Below, piece by piece: positions 48,462 to 57,305 of a stretch of DNA of 64,000 nt (position 1 is the stretch's first letter; each line of letters opens with the position of its first letter). The stretch is from a virus. Its lineage: Duplodnaviria; Caudoviricetes. The DNA lies in the IMG/VR virus record IMGVR_UViG_3300032007_000078, positions 4,118 through 68,117 of that record; one strand, written 5' to 3'. The notes beneath the pieces are model-generated. The model did no database searches. It saw nothing but the letters and a program-made list of their open reading frames with translations, and had not been told where the DNA came from. Position numbers and translations under genes: made by a program.

Positions 48462-49022
48462 ATGACAATAACAGAAATTATTGACATTGAGAATAATAGA
48501 AAATAGCCAGATCAATTTGGAATTATTCACCTAATAAAAGAAGGTAATTTTTATAGAGCACATGATTGGAGTGCTTGGTTAATGACTACTTTTCCAATAG
48601 GTGAAGCTATTAATACTCCTTTAAAAATATCAGCTAAGAAATTGAAAGATGGTTATGTTGAAGCTTGGGTAGGGTTTCCTGTAACTTCAATATAGAAATA
48701 TATACCTAGTGATGACTCTGTTGTATTTAAACCTATTTCCGAAAATTAGATAGATGTACATATTCCATTACCCGAAGAATATCTATAGTAGAATTTTGAT
48801 AATATTAGAAATTCTATAGATAAATGGAAAAATTAGTTACCTATTTTGGATAATAAGAAATCTAAAAGAGAAGATCATGAAATTTAGGAAATAGGTCCAC
48901 GGATTACTAGGATAACTGACATTGTTGGTAGTATTCTTTCATTTTCTTTGGTAGAATCTTCCCCATTAGATGCTTGGGAATTTATTAGAAAACTATAGAA
49001 ATAGATATCTATATTATTTTAA
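48462..49022 (+). CDS. DGR accessory protein, MutS domain I-like (MSL), 186 aa, 9 TAG; absent from the ORF track
   Basis: IIHLIKEGNFYRAHDWSAWL resembles MutS-I; lies between VR and TR where accessory genes sit; ends TAA. Confidence 0.75.
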
Positions 49023-49162
49023 ATTTAGGTTAGTTCGAAAGGAAGTTCATAGGATATACGTCCTTCACTAATTATAATAAATAGTGCGGGAAAAATTAAA
49101 GATATTAGATGGTTTTATTAAATTAATCCCTTCTTCTTTTCGTAAAAGGATATATCCGAAAG

Positions 49163-49346
49163 ATTCTTTGCTTGCTCTGGTAACGGTAACCAGACTTCTT
49201 GGAACAATCGTACTACGAACGGTAACTACTGGTCTTCCACTCTCAATTCTGCTACTAATGGTAAGAACTTGAACTTCAACTCAGGTGGTGTTAATCCTTA
49301 GAACAACAACAATCGGTTCAACGGCTTAACGGTTAGGCCAGTTCAG
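49163..49346 (+). ncRNA. DGR template repeat (TR)
   Basis: 17 AAY codons plus one AAG and one TAG in the target frame; adenine-specific divergence from VR. Confidence 0.97.
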
Positions 49347-49373
49347 CACTCAACTTCGAACTATTATTGTAAT

Positions 49374-50624
49374 ATGATAATAACCAGAAATTAGTTATTA
49401 ATTGATCTATATTCTGCATATTATGATGCCCGACGCCATAAGACTAAAAGATCTTATGTTAAATAGTGGGAATCAAACTTAAAAGATAATATGGAGAATC
49501 TTTGTGATGAACTATTAAATAGAAACTATAAACCACTTCCATCAAAGTGTTTTATTATAGATTATCCTAAAAAACGTGAAATATTTGCTGCTAGATTTAA
49601 AGATAGAATTGTTCATCATTTATACTTTAATTATACTCATTAGCTATTTGAGAGAACATTTATTTAGGACTCATATAGCTGTATTAAAGAGCGCGGAACT
49701 CATTATGGTATCAATAGAATAACAACTTTCTGCAGAAAAGAATCACAAAATTGGTAGAGAAAGTGTTATGGACTACATCTTGATATTCGTGGCTATTTTA
49801 TGCATATTGTTAGAAATAAACTACTAACAATTGCAATCAATACCTTGAGAAAAATGTCTACACACCGTATCAATAAACATTCCTCAACTCAATGGTAGGA
49901 TATTTTAGATATGAATTTTATATATTGGCTAACAAAAGAAATTATTTCGGTAGATCCTAGAATAAATTGTATTATGTTAGGAAATTTATCTGATTGGGAT
50001 AGTTTAGATCCGGAAAAATCCATGTTAAAACTTAAAGATGGATTAGGATTGCCAATAGGAAATTTAACTTCTCAATTATTTTCTAATGTTTATTTAAATC
50101 CTCTAGATCAATTTATAAAACGTTCATTGAAATGTAAAAATTATGGTAGATATGTAGATGATGCTATTATAATTAGTCATAGTAAATCTTATCTATTAAA
50201 ACAAGTACCTATGATTAAAGATTTCTTAAAGAACGAATTAGGATTGGATTTACACTTAGGAAAATTAAGAATTAGTGAAGTACATAAAGGTATAGAATTT
50301 TTAGGAGTATTTATAAAACCTTATAGAATTTATACTTCGCGAAAAACCCTAAGTCGTATTGAATAGAAATTAGATCTTTTAGATTTTAAAAAGCCATAGA
50401 AAGTTATTAGAAGCGTTAATTCATATTTAGGAATATTTTAGCATACGGCATCATTCAATATTAGACGAAAGCTATTTCTAAAGAAAGAGTATTTAAGGCT
50501 TGGCGTATTTAATGTTGATATGACAAAAATAGTAGATAGAAAATTCTTTTATACATTAAATTCTAAAAATCATGAGAAAAGTATCAGGTCAAATAGACGA
50601 CTTTGCTTATATTAGCGAAGATGA
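49374..50624 (+). CDS. DGR reverse transcriptase (416 aa, 10 TAG)
   Basis: KRE..AA.F.DRIVHH, DSYSCIKERGTH, LDIRGYFMHI, DGR-type GLPIGNLTSQ and RYVDD; only continuous if TAG is sense. Confidence 0.95.
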
Positions 50625-51102
50625 GAGCAGAATTATTATTGGTTATGATTTAAAACAAGTAGAAAAAACCAATATATATGAATGGTATGAAATATATTTT
50701 TACAAGAAATAGATAAACTCTATCAATTTTCAACTTGTAAAAGATGCCATTATTGATGATATAAATATTAGAACAGATTATAATATTCTTACTGGATTCG
50801 TTTGGAAAGATATAAATGTATATCTATCTCCTGAAAACCAAAGAAATTTTTCAGAAGCTCAAAGAATGGCTGAGAAATATGGTGAATCAGTTCTTCCGCT
50901 TAGATTTAAATTAGGAGAGGATGAAAATAAAAATCCTGTATATTATATATTTGAAACTATAGAAGACTTAGATGAGTTTTATAACTTAGCTTTCTCTTAT
51001 ATAAATACTTGTCTTAATGATGGCTGGCAAATTAAAGACACTATAGACTGGGAACCTTACTAGGAGTATTTTCCAGAACCAGAAAATCCAGAATAGGAAT
51101 AA
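50572..51102 (+). CDS. putative tail fibre assembly protein (DUF4376-like), code 15
   Basis: GFVWKDINVYLSPENQRNF...CLNDGWQIKDTIDW pattern; follows the RT; 3 TAG. Confidence 0.6.
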
Positions 51103-51120
51103 TAAATAATTTGATTTTAA

Positions 51121-51149
51121 GGAAACACTAGAGATAGTGTTTCCTTTTT
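51121..51149 (+). terminator. Rho-independent terminator ending the late operon
   Basis: GGAAACACTA-GAGA-TAGTGTTTCC followed by TTTTT. Confidence 0.8.
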
Positions 51150-51360
51150 GTTCTGGGCGAATATTCATCTCTGAAATTATTTGCTATTTAACTATAGTTT
51201 CTTCCAAAAATACTCTTTATATTGTAGTTTGGTACTATGGAATATAGATATGATAGTGTTACTCTTACAATAATAGAACACAATGGAATATTACTAGATG
51301 AATTATAAATAGGGTAACATTATTTATGGGATTATATATTTTTGGTAGTAGGATAAAAAT

Positions 51361-51389
51361 AAGGTAGAACGTTTTAATTGTTCTACCTT
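51361..51389. terminator. hairpin terminator for the convergent minus-strand genes
   Basis: AAGGTAGAAC-GTTTTAATT-GTTCTACCTT flanked by A/T tracts. Confidence 0.65.
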
Positions 51390-51483
51390 TATTTCTTTTT
51401 AATTATAGTACCAATCTCAACTTTTTCAAACGATTCAATATTATTCAATCTAATCGTTTAAACAATTTCAAATTAACAAAACA

Positions 51484-52086
51484 TCATCGTCTTTTTAATT
51501 CACCAATTCGTTTCCCTATCTTCGGAAACCAATCTTCATCTTGAGGGTGCCATAATTCTGGATGACCTTTTATAAACTCAAACATCCACTCTGCTGCGGA
51601 AAGCCAATCTGAAGTAATGTCATCTGGAAGGCAACAAAGCTTAGAATAGTTTGATAATCCGTAATATCCAAACCCATAAAAATGTCTAACCTCTGGATAA
51701 TTTTCTTTCTGATGAGGTTCTAAGTCTACCATTCTTTCAGAGACACGTAGGATCAAAGATATATCCTCGTTCAAGCTACTATAAAGTTTCTTATTATACT
51801 CGATTAAGTTTTCTTCTGTATCCTCTGATCGTAATGCAAATACGGCTGCCTCTAATCTACAAACCACCGTATTCTCTAGTAACTTGTATCTCAGAACTCG
51901 TCCAACTGCTTCCTTTAGTGTCGGAACTTTATCTGGATCCTCGGTAAATAATTCTACTAGCTCTCCATTCTTCCACTCATAACCATTTCCGTTAACACAG
52001 AATAAATGATCATAGGCATCTAGGGCATTTAAAGTAATTCCCGGATATAACAGGAGCATTCGTCTGATAGTATCTTGTACGTTCAT
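51484..52086 (-). CDS. hypothetical protein (200 aa)
   Basis: Coupled to the upstream ORF; no TAG. Confidence 0.75.
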   Translation of the reverse strand: MNVQDTIRRMLLLYPGITLNALDAYDHLFCVNGNGYEWKNGELVELFTEDPDKVPTLKEAVGRVLRYKLLENTVVCRLEAAVFALRSEDTEENLIEYNKKLYSSLNEDISLILRVSERMVDLEPHQKENYPEVRHFYGFGYYGLSNYSKLCCLPDDITSDWLSAAEWMFEFIKGHPELWHPQDEDWFPKIGKRIGELKRR

Positions 52087-52535
52087 ATTATTTTTCCTTC
52101 AAATTCCTCCAGGTAATCAATATTTCTCTGGAGTTTTTTTATACATCCAATCTGATTTCTCTTTTGACGAACTATATACGATCTAACCGAATGTTTCATC
52201 ACTGTCTCGTCGGAAAAGAATCGTATCCTCCTGTATTTCTTTGTACATACTATCTTGGCTCCTTCCGGATATTGGCTTAGTGTTACCTGAAAATCATTAT
52301 CCTTCCACCACCAACATGAATATCTTCTCCAACCAGGTCCTTCTATCGAATAATCTTTAATCAACTCTAGCTCGTATAAGAAGAAATCATTATCCTTCGA
52401 GTTTCTGATCCTTTTTAATTTATACTTTCCGATGTTTGGGTGTTTACTATACTCGACTGCCCATACTAAATCTCCTACACTCAAATCTGTTATCTGTCGA
52501 GGCTCTGGATATCTCTTGTATAGATTATTTCTCAT
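52083..52535 (-). CDS. hypothetical protein (150 aa)
   Basis: Overlapping starts and stops with both neighbours. Confidence 0.75.
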   Translation of the reverse strand: MRNNLYKRYPEPRQITDLSVGDLVWAVEYSKHPNIGKYKLKRIRNSKDNDFFLYELELIKDYSIEGPGWRRYSCWWWKDNDFQVTLSQYPEGAKIVCTKKYRRIRFFSDETVMKHSVRSYIVRQKRNQIGCIKKLQRNIDYLEEFEGKII

Positions 52536-53109
52536 CCTTAAATTGTTTTTCTATGTCTAAAAGGGTTCCGGTTTCCAGTTTTGACCACTTTTCCCACGTC
52601 TCGATGAACCTTGAATTCTTTCCGTTATTCTCTAAGTATCCAACTATCTGCCACTCATTATCGGTTAAGTCTAGGAAAATTGTCAGTGGCTCCTTCCTAG
52701 AATCATACCTTACCTCTGTTCCCAATCTAACTTGCTCGGACTCATTTTTCTTCTTACTATGAGCAACAAAGACGAGATATTTATAGGACATCGATAGGTA
52801 CTTCAAATCAATCTCTACTCGATACGCTTCCTCCGAGACAAGATGTAAAAGACGTATATGAGAATCTTCGACGTTCTTGTTTCCGTAGTATAAAGTATCA
52901 ATCCATTCCCACTCCTTCGAATATACCAGAACCGAAATCTCTAAGGAATCGGATCTTGTAAATATACCTTTCATCGGATCAAATATTTTCTCTTCTCGAT
53001 ACGGGCCGATCCTAAAAATTCTCTGTAGTAGGTTTCCCGTATAAACTTTTCTTGTAATACCTAGATCTAAACTCTTTCTGGTCTCTAAATAAAAATCTAC
53101 TTTCATCAT
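52525..53109 (-). CDS. degenerate TerD-like protein
   Basis: LEISVLVY...IDTLYYGNKNVEDSHIRL...VEIDLKYL...LVFVA follows the TerD pattern but lacks the acidic GDxxxGxxxDDE loop. Confidence 0.45.
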   Translation of the reverse strand: MMKVDFYLETRKSLDLGITRKVYTGNLLQRIFRIGPYREEKIFDPMKGIFTRSDSLEISVLVYSKEWEWIDTLYYGNKNVEDSHIRLLHLVSEEAYRVEIDLKYLSMSYKYLVFVAHSKKKNESEQVRLGTEVRYDSRKEPLTIFLDLTDNEWQIVGYLENNGKNSRFIETWEKWSKLETGTLLDIEKQFKDEK

Positions 53110-53111
53110 CT

Positions 53112-53123
53112 ATAAGGGAAACG
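53112..53123 (-). promoter_or_regulatory. candidate promoter motif CGTTTCCCTTAT (minus strand)
   Basis: Same core, pointing at the 53109 start 2 nt downstream. Confidence 0.4.
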
Positions 53124-53129
53124 ACGGGA

Positions 53130-54092
53130 CCTCAAAACTTTATATATGGAGGAGGATAGGCCAATAATGAAAGATAGTATTTTATAAATAATATTGATGT
53201 TTTGCGGATATCTTAGAGTAGGAAAATAATATGTTAAATTAAAGATTATTATTTTTAGATATTAACCGAAAAGAAAAAGATATCCGATCGTACTAGTTTC
53301 TTAGATACATATCCTCCCAATCCTTAGTGAATCCCCCAACTTCAACGTAGTACTGAGGTCTAGAGCACTAAAGATGTGACTAATCGGGGGCTGAAAAATT
53401 TGATGGGTTAGTAGTTGATGGGAATTATAACCCTGAGAATGAACAACATCTTAAAGTATTGGTATGTCAGGAAGAACCGGATTTATCTAGTTCCTCTCTG
53501 ATGAATTTTTTTTTTGCTCCCACGTTTTAGGTCCCCTTCATAGCGCAGAAGTGAAAACGCCAAGCAGTTAGGAGTTTCCCAGGTTATCCTCTTTTAAGCT
53601 AGGTTTCTGTATATTCTGGAGCGAGACTTGCGAGCGACGAATATAGAAGGGGAATAGCTTAGGTACCGGACATGAACCGACCCCGACCTTACGTTCCTTT
53701 GTCACTCCAGGTCGGGTTCCCTTGTTCTTTCTTGGACAGAAAGAACAAGATACTATAAGTTTTTTAATATTATTTGCCGACGCGAAGCGATCGGCAACAT
53801 ATTATATTTTCCTTGATACCTTAATTTCTGGAGATATATCCTGAGGCTCGGCCGAAGGGATATCGGAAGAAATACTGAGATGAAGTCGGAACTGAGTTTC
53901 ACGAGGTTTCGGCTTTATCGATAGTCAAAGTTTCATTTATTTTTTCCCAAAATTTCTATCAGAATACTTATATTAGGTATATCGATTCTGTTATGTTCAA
54001 ATTGGGAAAATGCTCCTAACTGCACCTGAAACCCTTATCCATGAAATGAACGAGAAAAGGAAACTCGAAACTAACTTAAAATTATTAATATT
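53130..54092. other. about 1-kb structured divergent intergenic region upstream of helicase-like gene 2
   Basis: CTTGTTCTTTCT-TGGAC-AGAAAGAACAAG (53721-53749), TGCCGA-CGCGAAGCG-A-TCGGCA (53775-53796), ATGAAGTCGGAAC/GTTTCGGCTTTAT (53880-53918, 3 G-T pairs), TTCCCAA/TTGGGAA. Confidence 0.75.
54026..54038 (+). promoter_or_regulatory. candidate promoter motif CTGAAACCCTTAT
   Basis: Near-identical to CTGAAATCCTTAT at 61647-61659 (minus strand). Confidence 0.5.
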
Positions 54093-56159
54093 ATGGATAA
54101 GAAAAGATTAGAAATACCTGCTGGAGTTAGGTATATAACAGAATGGGATGGATATAATTTGAATGATTATGCCTTCCCTCATATTTTGAATAAAGTACTT
54201 ACGGGATGTGGATTTACAGAATATTGCTTAAGGAATCAACAGAACATAATTCTCCTAAGCCCTCGTAAGTTCCTCTTAGAAAATAAAGAGGATCAGCATA
54301 AAGAAGATGTACTTTATGTTAAGAATGAATTTGGTGCTATCGTAGATTATGAACGAAATATAAGTGATAGCAGAAAGAAAGGCAAACAGAAAGAGCCGCC
54401 TAAACTTTCAGATGAAGAAATAAAATCCGGTATCTCTAAGATGAAAGGAGATATTCGAGATTATTGTAGGAAGAGATTTTCGGAGGGACGTAAACCTTGT
54501 AAAATCCTGGTAACATATGATTCATTCCGTCACGTCAAGGAAACTTTGCAGGAGATGGGAATTTTTCAGGGATTTCAGGTTGTAGTTGATGAGTTCCAGT
54601 CGATTTTCATAGATTCACGCTTCAAGAGTTCAACGGAGATGGAGCTACTTTACTATCTTAGAGACGTACAGAAGTTATGTTTCGTTTCAGCTACTCCTAT
54701 GTTAGATAAGTACCTAGAAATGTTGGATGAATTTAAAAATCTTCCTTACCTTGAATTTGACTGGATAACAAAAGATCCTGGGAGAGTAAAGAGACCACAA
54801 TTAGAGATTAAGTTTACAAAACGATCTCTTAATGAGGAAGCAGGTCAAGTTATTCAGAACTATAAGAAGGGTAATTTTGAACAGCGCTTAGATTCAGGAA
54901 CAGGAGGTATTATAGAATCTCATGAAGCTGTAATTTTCATGAATTCTGTATCTAATATTTGTCAGGTCATCCGTTCAAATAACTTACATGTTGAAGAGTG
55001 TAATGTACTTTGTGCTCGGACGGAAGAAAACAGCAAAGAGGTAAAGAAAGCATTTAATGAAGTCTTACGAAGAGAAAGTGAGGGATTTGAAAAACCGTTA
55101 AGTCTTCCGAGAGGTTATGATGTTATCGGTAGAATCCCAGGAAGAGGCGAAAAGCATAAGATGTTTACTTTCTGCACTCGAACTGTATATCTCGGAGCGG
55201 ATTTCTATAGTACGAATGCAAGAACCTTTATATTCAGTGATGCTAATATAGAGTGCTTAGCTGTAGATATTGGGATAGATCTGGAGCAAATATTAGGTAG
55301 ACAAAGACTAGATGAGAACCCTTGGAAGAACTCGGCTAACTTATATGTGAAAACTCTGACAGGAAAGAATTCATTTACCAAGGAAGAGTTTGATAATATA
55401 CTAGCCGAAAAAATAAAGAGTACTCAAAATCTCTTGAATGTTTATGAAAAGGGATCTCTAGAAGAAAAGGCAGATTTAGCAAAGAATTATGAGTTTGTAG
55501 CTAAGCATAATTATTACAAGGATGATTATGTTTCTGTCAATCATCACGCAGGAAAGAGTCTTAAACCTGTCTTCAATAATCTAGTTCTTGTATCGGAGAT
55601 GAGAACGTTCGAAGTACAACAGATTGATTATAAGGATAGATTTTCTGTATTTTCAACTTTGCGAGATGAAGGTATGAACTATGAAGATAATAATATTTCT
55701 CAGGTAGTAGAACAATTTAATGAAGTTAAGACAACAACAGAGAAACTTAAATTTTTGGTTAAGTATACTACAGAAACATCAGGAGTAACTGAAAGAGATA
55801 TTAAGACTTTTATTTCAATGATTCCTGGTAAGTATGGAGATTATTATTATCTATTAGGTCCGGACAGAATCAAAGCAAACAGTTATCACGAATCAGAACT
55901 AAGAAAAGAGTGGATAAAAATGCATTCGGAGGTAAAGGTAGAGGATGAAATGATATCAGAAATTTATAGTACTTTTAGTGTATCGAAGAAGTATGGTAAA
56001 TCTGAAATAAAACAAATCCTAAAAGAAATTTATGGGAGATATAATTTTGAAAGAACAGCGAAAGCTTCGGACTTATCAGAATATTTTATTATAAAAGGAA
56101 TTAAACTTTTAGATTCAGGTAAGTGGATCCATGGATTCGAAATATTAGGAAAAAGATAA
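54093..56159 (+). CDS. SF2 helicase-like / origin-binding-protein-like protein, copy 2 (688 aa, no TAG)
   Basis: TGCGFT, VVDEFQSIFIDSRFKS, SATP, MFTFCTRTVYLGADFYS shared with 18465-20513. Confidence 0.75.
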   Translation: MDKKRLEIPAGVRYITEWDGYNLNDYAFPHILNKVLTGCGFTEYCLRNQQNIILLSPRKFLLENKEDQHKEDVLYVKNEFGAIVDYERNISDSRKKGKQKEPPKLSDEEIKSGISKMKGDIRDYCRKRFSEGRKPCKILVTYDSFRHVKETLQEMGIFQGFQVVVDEFQSIFIDSRFKSSTEMELLYYLRDVQKLCFVSATPMLDKYLEMLDEFKNLPYLEFDWITKDPGRVKRPQLEIKFTKRSLNEEAGQVIQNYKKGNFEQRLDSGTGGIIESHEAVIFMNSVSNICQVIRSNNLHVEECNVLCARTEENSKEVKKAFNEVLRRESEGFEKPLSLPRGYDVIGRIPGRGEKHKMFTFCTRTVYLGADFYSTNARTFIFSDANIECLAVDIGIDLEQILGRQRLDENPWKNSANLYVKTLTGKNSFTKEEFDNILAEKIKSTQNLLNVYEKGSLEEKADLAKNYEFVAKHNYYKDDYVSVNHHAGKSLKPVFNNLVLVSEMRTFEVQQIDYKDRFSVFSTLRDEGMNYEDNNISQVVEQFNEVKTTTEKLKFLVKYTTETSGVTERDIKTFISMIPGKYGDYYYLLGPDRIKANSYHESELRKEWIKMHSEVKVEDEMISEIYSTFSVSKKYGKSEIKQILKEIYGRYNFERTAKASDLSEYFIIKGIKLLDSGKWIHGFEILGKR

Positions 56160-56161
56160 AT

Positions 56162-56193
56162 GAAAGTAAAGGATGAAATACTCCTTTACTTTC
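56162..56193 (+). terminator. hairpin after helicase-like gene 2
   Basis: GAAAGTAAAGGA-TGAAATAC-TCCTTTACTTTC; loop nearly identical to the hairpin after copy 1. Confidence 0.65.
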
Positions 56194-56214
56194 TCTAATT
56201 TTAATTTTTGTATT

Positions 56215-57240
56215 ATGGTGTATATAATTTAGACTGCTCAATATGATAAAGAGCATAATTTGTGTGAAGTTATTAAGATAGGTTATACTTAGAATTGGGA
56301 AAAGAGATTAAGTACTTATGAGTGTTATTGTCACCACTTAATTGTACTTAAAATTTATGATGAAGGGACTTTAGAGGATGAAACCAAACTTAAGAAATAT
56401 TTCAAAGATAAGGTAGTTTATAAGGATGAGTGGATAAGTTATACAGAAGATATACTAAAGTTTTTCAAAGAGAATGATACATTAGAAAAACTCAGAGAAT
56501 CATTGAAAGAAATAAATCCAATTTAGCCATCAAAATATATAAGAAAACAATAGGTAAATAGATTTCTTGTGGAGTATATTTATAATAATTTTTGCGACCC
56601 TATTTCTGATCTTTTAGAAAGAGTTAATAAAAAGAAAGAAATAGAAAAAGAGTTATATTTAATACCAGAAAGTAAACATATTAGTTATGTCAGCAATAAG
56701 TATTCAATACCAGCTGAAGAAATAACATCAGGTATTAATTTATTAATGAATAATTTTATAAAAACTACAGATAAAGTATATATTGCAATAAAAGAGTTTA
56801 ATAGTTTAAGTTCAGTTAAAGAAAAATTTAAATATTTAGTTATGCTTGATAGTAAGATAGAAAATATAACCGAAGAGGATATTAATAACTTTCTAGCCCA
56901 AATTCCTTCAAAATACGAGGATTATTATCGTTTACTAGGACCTGAAAGAATAAAGGCTAATAGTTTTCAAGAATCTAGAATTAAGAGTGAGTGGTTAAAA
57001 ATTCATTCCGGAGTAGATGTAGATAATGGAATGATATCTAAGATTTATGAGACATTCAAGGTAGGAGAAAAATATGGTAAATCCTCTATTAAATCTACCC
57101 TAAAAGAAATTTATCTGAACTATAATTACAATAAAACGGCTAAAGCTTCAGATCTTCAAGAATATTTTGTACTTAAGTCGACTAGAGCATTAGAAGAAGG
57201 TGTCTGGGTAAATGGTTTTGAAATTCTCGGAAAACGGTAA
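56215..57240 (+). CDS. GIY-YIG/T5orf172-like nuclease fused to the helicase-like proteins' C-terminal domain (341 aa, 4 TAG)
   Basis: MVYIIQ...IKIGYTQNWEKRL...E..LKKYF...EW appears only if TAGs 56230, 56290, 56524 and 56551 are read through; C-terminus GPERIKANS...TAKASDL.EYF...GFEILGKR matches copy 2. Confidence 0.75.
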
Positions 57241-57253
57241 GGGAGCAAAAAAA

Positions 57254-57282
57254 GAGTATAGATATAAAAATTCTATACTCTT
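57254..57282. terminator. bidirectional hairpin terminator
   Basis: AGAGTATAGA-TATAAAAAT-TCTATACTCT between convergent genes. Confidence 0.7.
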
Positions 57283-57305
57283 CTTTCTTTTTAGATTTTC
57301 TTACT

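Larger units (their letters stand above)
46882..50624 (+). mobile_element. diversity-generating retroelement (target-VR, hairpin, MutS-like accessory gene, TR, RT)
   Basis: 184-bp ungapped TR/VR pair with 20 of 21 mismatches at TR adenines, next to a DGR-class RT. Confidence 0.97.

Noticed and set aside
48462-49022. Accessory gene as avd
   Set aside because: The sequence is not the short all-helical Avd type; its N-terminus fits MutS domain I.
49084-49272. Track ORFs 49084-49272 and 48164-48445
   Set aside because: Alternative-frame readings across TR and VR; their mutual similarity only reflects the repeat.
49374-50624. RT as a group II intron, retron or Abi RT
   Set aside because: It has the DGR-type IGNLTSQ motif, no maturase/endonuclease extension was evident, and an adenine-mutated TR/VR pair is adjacent.
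771-51102. Fragmented ORFs as pseudogenes or sequencing errors
   Set aside because: Interruptions are exclusively TAG, the frame is always preserved, and the joined genes abut their neighbours; decay would include TAA/TGA and frameshifts.
53490-53560. Hammerhead ribozyme at CTGATGA (about 53498)
   Set aside because: No correctly placed GAAA core or flanking stems could be built.
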